A stretch of 63,161 nt of DNA, counting the filler, from Bdellovibrionota bacterium (GTDB taxonomy: Bacteria > Bdellovibrionota > Bdellovibrionia > Bdellovibrionales > JAEYZS01), in NCBI GenBank assembly GCA_963169515.1. It is 5 parts of 5 records of this genome, joined end to end, with 100 filler letters (N's around TTAATTAATTAA, not from the genome) between each part and the next. Parts side by side here need not be neighbours in the genome. Positions count along the whole stretch, not along the records: positions 1 to 23,728 come from CAUJEF010000007.1; 4 more parts are not named here. One strand, 5' to 3'. Both the position numbers and the translations under genes were made by a program. Position 1 is the first letter of the stretch. Each line of letters opens with the position of its first letter. Of the stretch, positions 1 to 10,615 are shown piece after piece. Under the pieces are notes generated by a model, which saw nothing but the letters and a program-made list of their open reading frames with translations, did no database searches and was not told the DNA's origin.

Positions 1-7
1 GCCCAGA

Positions 8-214
8 GTGAATGTAGAGACATTGAGCGGCACGGAAAAGGTCTTTTTTGAAAAAATAAAAAACTTTATTGATTTTCAAAGCCGACATTTTAAAAATCTT
101 CAAAATCAATGGGATCAAAGGGTTGGGGTAAAAACACTCCCCATGATTGAATATAGTGAAGATGAAGCGATAATGTTAAAAAAATTAGCTAACGAGTTTA
201 ACCATGACTTTTAA
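8..214 (+). CDS. Probable 3' end of a gene truncated by the window edge (hypothetical)
   Basis: Open frame at the window start whose stop overlaps the start of the next gene; no recognisable motif. Confidence 0.35.
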   Translation: MNVETLSGTEKVFFEKIKNFIDFQSRHFKNLQNQWDQRVGVKTLPMIEYSEDEAIMLKKLANEFNHDF

Positions 215-1247
215 ATTGCTGATTATTTCTTTTTTATTTCTAGTAGGCTGCTCCTCGGTCGAAGAGGTGAATGTAACTAACGTGGCAGAGAGCACGTCAG
301 ATCACTCGGACATAGAACCCCCATCGACTGCCCCAACGACAACAGAAGCGTTGGGGGCAAAGCTTGTCGGAATATCTGGCAGTTCTGTGGATTTTTATAT
401 GAACAAAGGGGAGATTGCATTCCGAGCGGGCGATTATCGAACCGCCATTGATAATTTCAAAACTGTTATTGAGCTTCAGAAGGCGGCAAAATGGGGCCGA
501 GCCGCAGAGGCGCTTTACAGGATGGGAATGTGCTATGAATTTTTGGGTGACGATGCCAAAGCAATCGCAACATATCAAGACGCTCTGAAAAGAAAAAAGA
601 ACCTTACGTTTGAACTTGGAAATATGGAAATTCCAGCTCGTCTTGCAATGTCATATATGCGAATAGGTCAGTTGAAAACGGCCCGGACTTATTTTTTAAA
701 AGCAGAAAAGGGAATTGCAAAGCTGCGTACTAATCTAGGAGACTATGAAGAAAAGAGCGAATGGCTTGCAGAAATTCTTTTTGGAATGGGACGTATATCG
801 TCACAGATTAAACGCGACAAGAATTTTGAAGATACGATTTATTCAATCGAGCACGCGCAAAATTATTTACTATTCGCACTTGAAATAAACGATTCAAAAT
901 GGTCCCCCAAGGCGGGAGAAGAGTTGGAAAAGCTGTACAGGGCAGGATATGAGAATATAAATGAAATGAAGGGCGACCCAGGCAAAGACCCTGTTGTAAC
1001 AAAGCGGAGTTTGCAAGAGAAACAAAGGAAAATGGGCTACACGCTGCTTGATCAAATGTCTAACCTCGAAGATCAAATTTTACCTGAAGTTGAAAATAAA
1101 ACTTTGAAAAAAACATTGGAACGTCTTTCGATAACGAAAAAAGAAATCGAAAAGCTTGTTGAATCACGCCCCATTGGGGAAGGGCTAACGGAAGAGGCTA
1201 AAAAATTTGAAAGCCCGAAGCGTGAAGGAAAAATCAAAGATGAGTAA
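204..1247 (+). CDS. TPR-repeat lipoprotein
   Basis: Lipobox FLVGC; TPR-like helices (YMNKGEIAFRAGDYRTAIDNF, ALYRMGMCYEFLGDDAKAIATYQDAL). Confidence 0.8.
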   Translation: MTFKLLIISFLFLVGCSSVEEVNVTNVAESTSDHSDIEPPSTAPTTTEALGAKLVGISGSSVDFYMNKGEIAFRAGDYRTAIDNFKTVIELQKAAKWGRAAEALYRMGMCYEFLGDDAKAIATYQDALKRKKNLTFELGNMEIPARLAMSYMRIGQLKTARTYFLKAEKGIAKLRTNLGDYEEKSEWLAEILFGMGRISSQIKRDKNFEDTIYSIEHAQNYLLFALEINDSKWSPKAGEELEKLYRAGYENINEMKGDPGKDPVVTKRSLQEKQRKMGYTLLDQMSNLEDQILPEVENKTLKKTLERLSITKKEIEKLVESRPIGEGLTEEAKKFESPKREGKIKDE

Positions 1248-1959
1248 ATTCCTTTCGGGCGTCTCGGCTCCGTTTAAGGGGGCGAGTTTTATTCTGGCTC
1301 GCGACGAACTAAAAAAACAAACGCTTTTCCCAATCATTCTTACGATATTGGTGTTGTTTGCAGGTATCTTTTCTGGGTTGTACTTTTCTTCGGATATAAT
1401 TTCTTTGGCCTTTGGTCGTTGGATGGCGGCGGGTGGAGGCTTTGTTTCAACGGTGTTGAACATTGTCGGATATCTGCTTATTACGGTTTTTGTATTTTTG
1501 TTCTCCTATCTTTTTGCAACCATTATTTCTGTGCCATTTAATTCAATACTTGCGGAAAAAGTTTTAAAAATTTTAGGAATATTACCGCCGCAAAGACAGG
1601 GCGTCGCACAGCATACGTCCAAGTTTGTAAAAATGCTATGGGCCTCCATCATAAAGTCTTTCGTGGTGACTGCTTTGGCGGTCGTTATGTTTGCAGGATC
1701 GTTTATCCCAGGAGTTTCTCTGGTTGTTTTATTTGGTGGTTTGATGTTGCTTGCATTTGATTGTATAGATTATTCCCTCGAAGTGCTTGAGTTAACATTT
1801 AAGGAACGCGTGATATTTTTCCGAAAGCACATTGCAGAAATTAGTGGTTTTGCTGTTGCGTTGGGGTTAATATTCCTCGTCCCGTTTGTGAATTTCTTAT
1901 TGTTGCCCGTTGCGGTTGCGGGCGGCTCTATTTTGGTGGGAAAAAATGTTAAAAAATAA
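1240..1959 (+). CDS. EI24/CysZ-family membrane protein
   Basis: Several TM helices, IISVPFNSILAEKV and DYSLE motifs, C-terminal LVPFVNFLLLPVAVAGG; ATG at 1240 preferred over 1207. Confidence 0.75.
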   Translation: MSKFLSGVSAPFKGASFILARDELKKQTLFPIILTILVLFAGIFSGLYFSSDIISLAFGRWMAAGGGFVSTVLNIVGYLLITVFVFLFSYLFATIISVPFNSILAEKVLKILGILPPQRQGVAQHTSKFVKMLWASIIKSFVVTALAVVMFAGSFIPGVSLVVLFGGLMLLAFDCIDYSLEVLELTFKERVIFFRKHIAEISGFAVALGLIFLVPFVNFLLLPVAVAGGSILVGKNVKK

Positions 1960-3193
1960 AGTTCATGAACAGATTATAAAAAATCAAACCAAACTTCATG
2001 ATTGGTTTTCTTCGCGTCGGCACCACCTTCCGCTGCCAATATATACCAGCGTAGACGTCCGAGACTCTTCTTACAAAATCGCGTCAGTTGACGCCAACAT
2101 CTATCCGGCTGGATTCAACAATATATGTCCAACCGACAAAGAACATGCGCCAGAAATTTTTAAAGACTACCTAAAACACTTTTACGGAGATCAAATTAAA
2201 AACATCGGGATCATTGCAGAGGAACATACTAAAAATGCCTTTTATTGGGAAAATGTATGTTGGTTGCGGCAAATGGTCACAGAAGCCGGGTACGAGGTAA
2301 GGATTTTGTTTCCGAAAGAAACAGATGAAGACATTCAGGCGGAGACTGCGTCTGGGAAAAAATTGACGATCAATGGGTCTCGAAAGGCGAATGGAGAAGT
2401 TAGGTTCAGAGACGGATTTGTCCCGGACCTTCTTGTTAGCAATAATGATTTTTCGCAAGAACGTCGGGAATGGGTTTCCGGAATCAAGACACCGATCAAT
2501 CCGCCGCAACAGTTGGGCTGGTATCAGCGGAAAAAAAGTGATCACTTTAGGCACTATAATGATCTTGCGAAAGAGTTTGCAGAGACCATTGGAATGGATT
2601 CGTGGGCATTTGAAATTAGAACAGAATTATTTGAAAAATTCGATATTTCAAATTTAGAGAACAGAGAGCAATTGGCACAGCGGGTAGACAAAATGCTTGG
2701 GATGATCAAGCAAGAGTATGACAAGCGAGGCATTAAAACGCAACCATCAGTATTTGTAAAAAATAATTCTGGTACTTACGGTCTTGCCGTGATGTCCGCC
2801 TCGTCAGGAGCTGAGGTTCGTGATTGGAACAACCGAATGCGAACAAAAATGAAGGCAGCAAAAAGTGGCACAGATGTTAGTGAAGTAATTGTTCAAGAGG
2901 GAATACCCACAACGGTAACAGCAGACGGATATACAGCAGAGCCTGTGCTTTACATTGTGGGCTGTGATTTGGCAGGCGGATTTTTCCGAGCTCACCATGA
3001 AAAAGGCCCGAATGACAGTCTAAACAGTCCTGGGGCAGTTTATAAAAGGATGTGTGTGGCAGATTTAAAAATCAGCCCCGAAGATCATTTATACGAAAAT
3101 GTATACGGATGGGTTGCGCGAATTGGCTCGCTTGCGGTTGGCAAAGAAATGCAAGCGCTCGGGCTAAGCTTGCCCAAAAATTGTAATTGTTGA
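1946..3193 (+). CDS. gshA: Glutamate--cysteine ligase (ATP-grasp GshA type, PF08886-like)
   Basis: YTSVDVRDSSYKIASVDANIYPAGFNN, EEHTKNAFY, VKNNSGTYGLAV, IVQEG, GGFFRAH...SLNSPG motifs; ATG at 1946. Confidence 0.85.
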   Translation: MLKNKVHEQIIKNQTKLHDWFSSRRHHLPLPIYTSVDVRDSSYKIASVDANIYPAGFNNICPTDKEHAPEIFKDYLKHFYGDQIKNIGIIAEEHTKNAFYWENVCWLRQMVTEAGYEVRILFPKETDEDIQAETASGKKLTINGSRKANGEVRFRDGFVPDLLVSNNDFSQERREWVSGIKTPINPPQQLGWYQRKKSDHFRHYNDLAKEFAETIGMDSWAFEIRTELFEKFDISNLENREQLAQRVDKMLGMIKQEYDKRGIKTQPSVFVKNNSGTYGLAVMSASSGAEVRDWNNRMRTKMKAAKSGTDVSEVIVQEGIPTTVTADGYTAEPVLYIVGCDLAGGFFRAHHEKGPNDSLNSPGAVYKRMCVADLKISPEDHLYENVYGWVARIGSLAVGKEMQALGLSLPKNCNC

Positions 3194-3204
3194 CAGAGCT
3201 GTTC

Positions 3205-3849
3205 CTATTCCCAAGACATTGTTGGAGGTGTTGGCATACCTTTATATATTGTGTATCGATCCAAGCTTAGATCTTTTGAAGCATCGCTTGAATGTTTAAG
3301 CTTTACTTCCGAAAGCACCCAATAATTAGGCCAAATTCCATCCAGATTTCTAAATGAATATGAAACACCAGGTTGTTGATCATAAGTCCAATCTACGCTT
3401 GTCGCCTTTAATTTTTTTATCAGATCCACGGGGATTTTTACAGGATCACTTTTCTTAAAATCAAGAGCTGATGTGCAACCTGCACTGACAACAAGCTGTG
3501 GTCGGTCTCCGCTGGATGCCATTCCCTCAGCTTCGAATACAAGCGTGATTTTGCCAAAATAATCGCAAAAATACTGTGGGTCCCCGTTGTCACGGCTTGC
3601 TAAAAAATTTCCAAAGTGGAATTCAAAAAGAGAGTCTTTCTTTTTAATTTCAAAGTCCCGAAGAATTTGTTTTGTCATGGCTTCTTTAAGTTCGCCGCCG
3701 TCCAATGTAGAAAAATCAAACATTTCAACCTTGGGAATGGCAGCCGGGTTGCGAAGGGCTTGGTTTTTTACAAAAACTACAGCAGCAAAAAATGCGGCCA
3801 TTGCAATAAAGTTAAATATAAAAAGTGGGCTAAGAAAAAACTTTTTCAC
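3205..3849 (-). CDS. Hypothetical membrane-anchored protein
   Basis: 214-aa ORF with an N-terminal hydrophobic helix; no known motif. Confidence 0.65.
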   Translation of the reverse strand: MKKFFLSPLFIFNFIAMAAFFAAVVFVKNQALRNPAAIPKVEMFDFSTLDGGELKEAMTKQILRDFEIKKKDSLFEFHFGNFLASRDNGDPQYFCDYFGKITLVFEAEGMASSGDRPQLVVSAGCTSALDFKKSDPVKIPVDLIKKLKATSVDWTYDQQPGVSYSFRNLDGIWPNYWVLSEVKLKHSSDASKDLSLDRYTIYKGMPTPPTMSWE

Positions 3850-3947
3850 AATATCTGTTTCGGAACTTTCGCTTTAAAAGATAAAAACATATAAAAAGAA
3901 CTGGCCGCAAGGCGCGACAGACGAAAGTCGGACATGGTGAAAATAGG

Positions 3948-4376
3948 CTAAATTTGACCTAAGGCGAACGCGTACAGTTTCATTTGTTTCAGCATAGCGG
4001 CCAAGCCGTTGGCGCGAGCCTGTGATAGATGGGTATTGATGCCAATATCTTCTATAAATTTCGCGGGTGTTGTCATGATGTCTTCAGGTGTGTGACCAGA
4101 ATAAACCTCTAAAAGTAGAGCAATTAATCCTTGGACAATCATTGCGTCGGAGCTTGCAACGAAAATAATCTTTCCATTGTCCTTTCGGGCGTGCATCCAC
4201 ACGTTGGATTGGCAGCCTTTGACTTTGTATTTCTCAATTTGAATTTCAGCTGGCAAGGGGGGCAATGCCTTACCCTTTTGGATCAATAGTTTGTAGCGGT
4301 CTTCCCACGCATCGATCTTGGAAAACTCATCCACAATTCGCTTTTGTTTATCTTGAATTGTCATCATATCCATCAA
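3948..4376 (-). CDS. sufE: SufE-family cysteine desulfurase sulfur acceptor
   Basis: WEDRY, VKGCQSNVW, SDAMIVQGL and LSQARANGL motifs. Confidence 0.92.
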   Translation of the reverse strand: MMDMMTIQDKQKRIVDEFSKIDAWEDRYKLLIQKGKALPPLPAEIQIEKYKVKGCQSNVWMHARKDNGKIIFVASSDAMIVQGLIALLLEVYSGHTPEDIMTTPAKFIEDIGINTHLSQARANGLAAMLKQMKLYAFALGQI

Positions 4377-4391
4377 CGGGTGCCAGGCGCC

Positions 4392-5879
4392 TTATTTGGC
4401 TAGTTCGATAAATGTTTTTATCATGACTCCGGATGCGCCTTTGGATGGGTTATAGGGCAGCCTGTTCCCTGTATACCAAGCGGTTCCCGCAATATCGAAA
4501 TGAGCCCATGGAATTTTTAAATCTACAAATTCAGCTAAAAACGCAGCGGCTTGCGCACTGCCAGCGAATTTTGTCGATCCGACATTTGTAAGGTCGGCAT
4601 AAGTACCTTTCATGTCATCCAAGTGATCATCGGTGACAGGCATTCTCCAAACAGATTCACCACATTTTTTGGCGGCGCTTTCCACCCTTTTTGCGAAAGC
4701 GTCGTTTTTTGCATAAAATCCTGTGTGGGAATTTCCAAGGGCAATCGTCATCGCACCGGTGAGGGTTGCGATATCACAAATAAAGGCAGGCTTTTGTTCG
4801 CTTGCATACACAAGGGCATCGGCCAAAATCAAGCGCCCTTCAGCGTCGGTATTATTCACCTCGACAGTTTTTCCATTTCGTGCGGTTAGAATATCGCCCG
4901 GTTTATTCGCCAGTGGACCAGGCATATTTTCAGTTGAGGGAACGATACCAATCGCATTTACTTTTAGTCTCAGCTTTGCAATCGCAAGCATTGTTCCAAC
5001 GACATTTGCACCCCCGCACATATCGTATTTCATTTCGTGCATTCCTGCCGCGGGCTTTATACTGATGCCGCCAGTATCGAAAGTTAGGCCCTTGCCTACG
5101 AAACACGCGGGCCTTTTTGATTTTCCACCGCCGTTGTATTCCATAATGATTAACCGTGGGTCCGGTCCTCCACCAACACCACCCAAGGAAACGCCTAAAA
5201 AGCAGCCCATATTTTCTTTTTTAATACGCGATCGATCCCAGACCGTAACTTTTAATTTTGTGTTTTTTGCTTCTGCCTGAGTTTTTTTTGCAAACTCTGG
5301 CGGGGTTAACAGGTTCCCCGGCAAGTCGCCTAAATGGCGAGCGAAGTTTATACATTCCGATAGAGTTTTTGCATAATCATGGGCTTTTTTTGCAATGGAA
5401 ATGTGGCCAGAAAACTCAAACCGAAGGTCATCCTTTTTTTTGTCGTCCTTCTTTTTTGATTTCCACTTATCAACACTATAGTCTGTCAAGTACATACCCT
5501 CATAGAAAGCAGAGAGATGGTCGTGGCTTTTTTCAGCGCCAAAGTTTTCTAATGGGAAAATGAAGTTTTTTGATCTTGTTCCTTTTGCCGCCTTTAAAAC
5601 ATGAGCGCCGAGACGCTTATAATCTTCAGATGTTTTCAAGGCGCCAGTGCCGATGACAAGAATACTTTCTTGGTTGTTATATTCTAGGCCGCGAAAAAAA
5701 AGGGTCTCTCCAATTTTGCCTTTGTAATCGAGCGCTTCCATATGGATTTTTATTTTTCCAAGTACTTCCCCTTTTAGGCTCTTCATGCGCAGAGCTTTGC
5801 GGGTCGTATCAAAAAGCGCAATTATTGTCGTATTTTTAAGCTGGTCTAAAGCCTTATTCGAAAAACCAAGATTTAACAT
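4392..5879 (-). CDS. pepA: Leucyl aminopeptidase (M17)
   Basis: VGKGLTFDTGG, MKYDMCG, NTDAEGRLILAD, DIATLTGA, HFDIAG. Confidence 0.95.
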   Translation of the reverse strand: MLNLGFSNKALDQLKNTTIIALFDTTRKALRMKSLKGEVLGKIKIHMEALDYKGKIGETLFFRGLEYNNQESILVIGTGALKTSEDYKRLGAHVLKAAKGTRSKNFIFPLENFGAEKSHDHLSAFYEGMYLTDYSVDKWKSKKKDDKKKDDLRFEFSGHISIAKKAHDYAKTLSECINFARHLGDLPGNLLTPPEFAKKTQAEAKNTKLKVTVWDRSRIKKENMGCFLGVSLGGVGGGPDPRLIIMEYNGGGKSKRPACFVGKGLTFDTGGISIKPAAGMHEMKYDMCGGANVVGTMLAIAKLRLKVNAIGIVPSTENMPGPLANKPGDILTARNGKTVEVNNTDAEGRLILADALVYASEQKPAFICDIATLTGAMTIALGNSHTGFYAKNDAFAKRVESAAKKCGESVWRMPVTDDHLDDMKGTYADLTNVGSTKFAGSAQAAAFLAEFVDLKIPWAHFDIAGTAWYTGNRLPYNPSKGASGVMIKTFIELAK

Positions 5880-6127
5880 CGCTGCCTCCGCTTGCGTAGA
5901 TCAGGTCACACGTCCTGTCGGGAATTGATAATTGATACATTTAATAGCACAGGGGGTCTATTTTTGGAAAGGCAAAATGCTCTATCTTATTTGATTTGGA
6001 TAAAGCGACATTAACCAACAACCGATAAAAATATGATAGCATCCGGGAGACAGTTTATTTATAAAGCTGGCATCCAGATAGCAAGATGGCGCTGGCCATC
6101 CAACAAGTTTTATCAGCGGAGTTAAAT

Positions 6128-6739
6128 ATGCCTTTGATCCCTATGGTTATAGAACAGACGTCGCGAGGCGAGCGCAGTTACGACATTTACTCAAGACTAC
6201 TCAAAGAACGAATTATTTTCTTGGGGACAGCGATAACTGATGAGGTGGCAAGCCTGACAATTGCACAGATTCTGTTTCTTGAAAGCGAAAACCCGGAAAA
6301 GGATATTCAAGTGTATGTTAATTCGCCAGGCGGTAGCGTAAGCGCAGGGCTTGGAATTTATGACATCATGCAGTTTGTACGCTGTGATATTGCAACCTAC
6401 TGCCTCGGTATGGCGGCAAGTATGGGCTCTTTGCTGCTTACCGCCGGCACAAAGGGCAAGCGATTCGCGTTACCACATTCGCGCGTTATGATTCACCAAC
6501 CACTGATTCAGGGTGGACTTTCCGGACAAGCGACCGATATTGAAATTCACGCACGTGAAATTTTGAGAACAAAAGAAGAGCTAACCAACATATATGTTAA
6601 ACATACGGGTAAAGATTTCAAAACTCTGCATGCTGCAATGGAACGTGATAATTTTATGACTGCAACTCAAGCAAAAGAATTCGGATTAATCGATTCTGTG
6701 ATAGACTTCAGAAAGACTTCGAAAGAAGGAAAAGAATGA
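6128..6739 (+). CDS. clpP: ATP-dependent Clp protease proteolytic subunit
   Basis: [30 protein letters not shown] (catalytic Ser), MIHQP; ATG at 6128 (MPLIPMV) follows a GGAG ribosome site. Confidence 0.97.
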   Translation: MPLIPMVIEQTSRGERSYDIYSRLLKERIIFLGTAITDEVASLTIAQILFLESENPEKDIQVYVNSPGGSVSAGLGIYDIMQFVRCDIATYCLGMAASMGSLLLTAGTKGKRFALPHSRVMIHQPLIQGGLSGQATDIEIHAREILRTKEELTNIYVKHTGKDFKTLHAAMERDNFMTATQAKEFGLIDSVIDFRKTSKEGKE

Positions 6740-8010
6740 GCAAGAAGAATTTTACGGGACTATCTTGTAGTTTTTGTGGGAAGAGCCAAAAGGAAGTTAA
6801 AAAGCTGATAGCGGGTCCCGGCGTCTATATCTGTGATGAATGTATTGATCTCTGTAATGACATTATCGCAGAAGAGCGCGAAAGAGAGGCCGCCACTGTC
6901 CACGGTGGCGTCGAAATTCCGCGCCCTCAAGATATCAAGGAATTTTTGGACAATTACGTGATTGGTCAAGATGGAGCTAAAAAAGCTTTATCGGTTGCAG
7001 TTCATAACCATTACAAACGAATCAATGCTCCTGCTAAAAAAGACGACATCGAACTTTCCAAGTCAAATATCCTTCTGATTGGCCCAACAGGCACTGGAAA
7101 AACATTGTTGGCTCAAACAATTGCTCGCTTTTTAAAGGTGCCTTTTGCAATGGCAGATGCAACAACTCTGACGGAAGCGGGCTATGTGGGCGAAGACGTG
7201 GAAAATGTGGTCTTAAACCTGCTCCAGGCTGCGGATTATGAGGTGGAAAAATGTCAGCGCGGTATCATTTACATTGATGAAATTGATAAAATATCAAGAA
7301 AATCAGAAAATCCTTCGATCACGCGGGATGTAAGCGGCGAAGGTGTTCAGCAGGCGCTTTTAAAGATTTTAGAGGGAACCGTTGCAAATTTGCCCCCAAA
7401 AGGAGGACGCAAACATCCGCAACAAGATTTTATTCAAGTAGATACATCAAATATTCTTTTTATCTGCGGTGGTGCATTTGTTGGGATGGATAAAATCATC
7501 GAAAACCGTTTGACCAATAAGTCAATTGGTATCGGGGCATCGATTCCATCTGCAAAAGACTCTGAGTCTGAAAAGAACGCCGTGTTGAAACAAATTCGCC
7601 CGGATGACCTTGTAAGATTTGGAATGATTCCCGAATTTATTGGCCGTCTTCCTGTGGTGGCGGTATTAGATCCGCTTAGCGAAGACGCATTGATGGACAT
7701 TTTAACAAAGCCAAAAAATGCCCTTACCAAACAATACAATAAGCTCCTTGGTTATGAAGGGGTCGAGCTTTCTTTTTCTGAGGCTGCACTAAAGGCCATA
7801 GCCGCAGAATCTTTGAAGCGAAAAACAGGCGCTCGTGGACTGCGTAGTGTTATTGAAGAGGCAATGATGGACGTGATGTATGAAATCCCTTCCATGACGG
7901 ACGTTAAAAAATGTATAATCGATGATAAGGTTATCACCGAGGGCAAGAAACCGACTTACGTCAAGGGTGAACCAGAAGCTGAAAAGAAGATAAAAGACGA
8001 ACCAGCTTAA
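6736..8010 (+). CDS. clpX: ATP-dependent Clp protease ATP-binding subunit
   Basis: C4 zinc finger CSFC...ICDEC, Walker [24 protein letters not shown]. Confidence 0.97.
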   Translation: MSKKNFTGLSCSFCGKSQKEVKKLIAGPGVYICDECIDLCNDIIAEEREREAATVHGGVEIPRPQDIKEFLDNYVIGQDGAKKALSVAVHNHYKRINAPAKKDDIELSKSNILLIGPTGTGKTLLAQTIARFLKVPFAMADATTLTEAGYVGEDVENVVLNLLQAADYEVEKCQRGIIYIDEIDKISRKSENPSITRDVSGEGVQQALLKILEGTVANLPPKGGRKHPQQDFIQVDTSNILFICGGAFVGMDKIIENRLTNKSIGIGASIPSAKDSESEKNAVLKQIRPDDLVRFGMIPEFIGRLPVVAVLDPLSEDALMDILTKPKNALTKQYNKLLGYEGVELSFSEAALKAIAAESLKRKTGARGLRSVIEEAMMDVMYEIPSMTDVKKCIIDDKVITEGKKPTYVKGEPEAEKKIKDEPA

Positions 8011-8046
8011 TTTCTAATTTCCCTCGCGTGATCAGAAAGGGCGCAT

Positions 8047-10536
8047 ATGTCACAAGAGGGAAAAGATAAACCACAGCCTAAAAATCTCCCCCTATTGCCA
8101 CTGAGAGATCTGATTGTGTTTCCACACATGATGATGCCTCTATTTGTGGGCCGCGAAAAAAGTATCAATGCTCTTGAACACGCGATGAATGAGCGAACAG
8201 ATATTATTTTGTCGGCTCAAAAAGACGCCAAGACTAATAACCCAGAACAAAAAGATATCTATGCCGTGGGGACCCGTGGAACCATTATCCAACTGCTTCG
8301 GCTGCCAGACGGGACTGTAAAAGTTCTGATCGAAGGCAAATCACGGGTTAAAATTATGAAATACACGAAAGTAGATGACTACTTTGAAGTGGAGTTCGAG
8401 GATCTTGCAGAACGCGTTGACAATAAAATCGAAGCTAACGCGCTGATGAGATCCGTGAAAACGACATTTGAGACCTATGTGAAGCTGAACAAGCGTATTC
8501 CGCCTGAAATTCTAATGCGGGTTTCAACAATCGAAGAAGCGGGAGAGCTGGCCGATATTATTGTTGCGCAGCTGAATTTGAAGCTTGAGGACAAGCAAAA
8601 GATCCTTGAAGTCAATGACCCTGCAAAGCGCTTGGAAAAACTGCTGAATCTGATGACGGGCGAAATCGAAATTCTTGAAGTTGAAAAGAAAATTCGTCAT
8701 CGCGTGAAAAAACAGATGGAGCGTTCGCAAAAAGAATACTATTTGAACGAACAAATGCAGGCGATCCAAAAAGAGCTGGGCGAAAAGGATGATTTTCAGC
8801 AAGAAATAAAAGAATTGGAAGAAAAGCTTTCCAAAAAGAAAATGAGTAAAGAAGCTTTCGAAAAGGTTTCGAAAGAGATCAAAAAATTAAAAATGATGTC
8901 CCCAATGAGTGCAGAGGCAACGGTCGTACGAAACTACATTGATTGGGTTCTGGGTTTGCCGTGGTCCGATTATTCGGAGGAAAACCACGATCTGAAGCAT
9001 GCTGAAGATACGCTTAACGATGATCACTGGGGTTTAGAAAAGGTAAAAGAAAGAATCTTGGAGCACCTTGCGGTTCAGGGCTTATCAAATAAAACCTTCG
9101 GCCCGATCCTTTGCCTGGTTGGCCCTCCGGGCGTTGGTAAAACATCTCTTGGCCGATCGATTGCGAAATCATTGAATCGTCCGTTTGTGAGAATTTCTTT
9201 GGGCGGCGTGCGTGACGAAGCAGAGATCCGCGGACACAGAAGAACCTACGTGGGCGCGATGCCGGGCAAAATCATACAGGGTTTGAAAAAGGCAGATAAA
9301 GGCAATCCGGTGATTCTATTGGACGAGATTGATAAAATGTCGTCCGACTTCCGCGGCGACCCAGCGTCAGCGATGCTAGAGGTTTTGGATCCGGAACAAA
9401 ATGCCACATTCCAAGATCACTATTTAGAGGTAGAATATGATTTATCAAAGGTCATGTTTTTAACAACTGCAAACTCATTGCACCCTATCCCGCGCCCATT
9501 GCTTGATCGCATGGAAGTGATTCAATTAGAGGGATACACAGAAAATGAAAAGTTTAATATTGCAAAAAAATATCTGGTACCGAAACAATTGGAGAAGCAT
9601 GGCCTTAGCGAAGACTTGATTAAGGTTCAAGACCCTGCGGTTCGTACTTTGATAAGGGGCTATACTCGCGAAGCGGGCGTCCGAAATCTTGAGCGCGAGT
9701 TTGCGAACGTATTCAGAAAGTTAGCCAGGGAAATTCTTCGCGAGGAACAAATTCGAATGTTGAAGTCGAATAAGACAACTAAAGCTGCGAAGAAAAATGG
9801 CGAAAACAAGCTGAACGGTCTGAAACACAAAACATACGCGGTCACCCCGAAAATGATTCAGGAGCTTTTGGGCCCTGAAAAATATAAATTTGGAAAAATT
9901 GAAGAGATCAATGAAATCGGACTTACAAACGGTCTTGCGTGGACAGAGGTTGGCGGCGATTTGCTCGTGATCGAAGTCAGCGTTGTGCCGGGTAAGGGTA
10001 AATTTACAGTTACCGGTCAGTTGGGCGATGTTATGAAGGAATCCTGTTCGGCCGCGATGAGCTATGTCAGGTCGCGCGGACCATTGTTTGGATTTGATAA
10101 AGAGTTTTATAGCAATATCGATATTCACATTCACTGTCCAGAGGGGGCAATTCCGAAGGACGGACCGTCAGCAGGTATTGCGATTACGACGAGTATCGTA
10201 TCCGCAATTACAAAAATTCCTGTGAAGCGAACAGTTGCGATGACAGGCGAAGTAACATTGCGCGGCCGCGTGCTTGCAATTGGCGGTTTAAAGGAAAAAA
10301 TTCTGGCCGCACATCGTGGTGGTATTAAAACCGTCATTGTTCCAAAGGAAAACGAGAAAGATCTTAAAGATATTCCAAAAGAAGTTTTAAAAGATCTGAA
10401 GATTTTTTTGGTAAACCATGTTGATCAGGTTTTAGTGAACGCTTTGGATATCAGAAAGCCAAACGACGTTTTCAAAGTGTCGGCAGATCGAATTTTTGGT
10501 CTAAAAGCACAATATACAGGACATGAACTGCACTAG
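8047..10536 (+). CDS. lon: Endopeptidase La (Lon)
   Basis: [29 protein letters not shown] (catalytic Ser), IGGLKEK. Confidence 0.97.
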   Translation: MSQEGKDKPQPKNLPLLPLRDLIVFPHMMMPLFVGREKSINALEHAMNERTDIILSAQKDAKTNNPEQKDIYAVGTRGTIIQLLRLPDGTVKVLIEGKSRVKIMKYTKVDDYFEVEFEDLAERVDNKIEANALMRSVKTTFETYVKLNKRIPPEILMRVSTIEEAGELADIIVAQLNLKLEDKQKILEVNDPAKRLEKLLNLMTGEIEILEVEKKIRHRVKKQMERSQKEYYLNEQMQAIQKELGEKDDFQQEIKELEEKLSKKKMSKEAFEKVSKEIKKLKMMSPMSAEATVVRNYIDWVLGLPWSDYSEENHDLKHAEDTLNDDHWGLEKVKERILEHLAVQGLSNKTFGPILCLVGPPGVGKTSLGRSIAKSLNRPFVRISLGGVRDEAEIRGHRRTYVGAMPGKIIQGLKKADKGNPVILLDEIDKMSSDFRGDPASAMLEVLDPEQNATFQDHYLEVEYDLSKVMFLTTANSLHPIPRPLLDRMEVIQLEGYTENEKFNIAKKYLVPKQLEKHGLSEDLIKVQDPAVRTLIRGYTREAGVRNLEREFANVFRKLAREILREEQIRMLKSNKTTKAAKKNGENKLNGLKHKTYAVTPKMIQELLGPEKYKFGKIEEINEIGLTNGLAWTEVGGDLLVIEVSVVPGKGKFTVTGQLGDVMKESCSAAMSYVRSRGPLFGFDKEFYSNIDIHIHCPEGAIPKDGPSAGIAITTSIVSAITKIPVKRTVAMTGEVTLRGRVLAIGGLKEKILAAHRGGIKTVIVPKENEKDLKDIPKEVLKDLKIFLVNHVDQVLVNALDIRKPNDVFKVSADRIFGLKAQYTGHELH

Positions 10537-10615
10537 ATTGAATGTGCGTATAAAGAATACATAAAAGTCGCCCGACACTGGCAAAAGCTGAGGCTTACGC
10601 TTACAGTGTAAGCCT

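Noticed and set aside
9730..9840. Lys-rich insertion in Lon between the AAA+ and protease domains
   Set aside because: Lies in a variable linker and has no intein or mobile-element features
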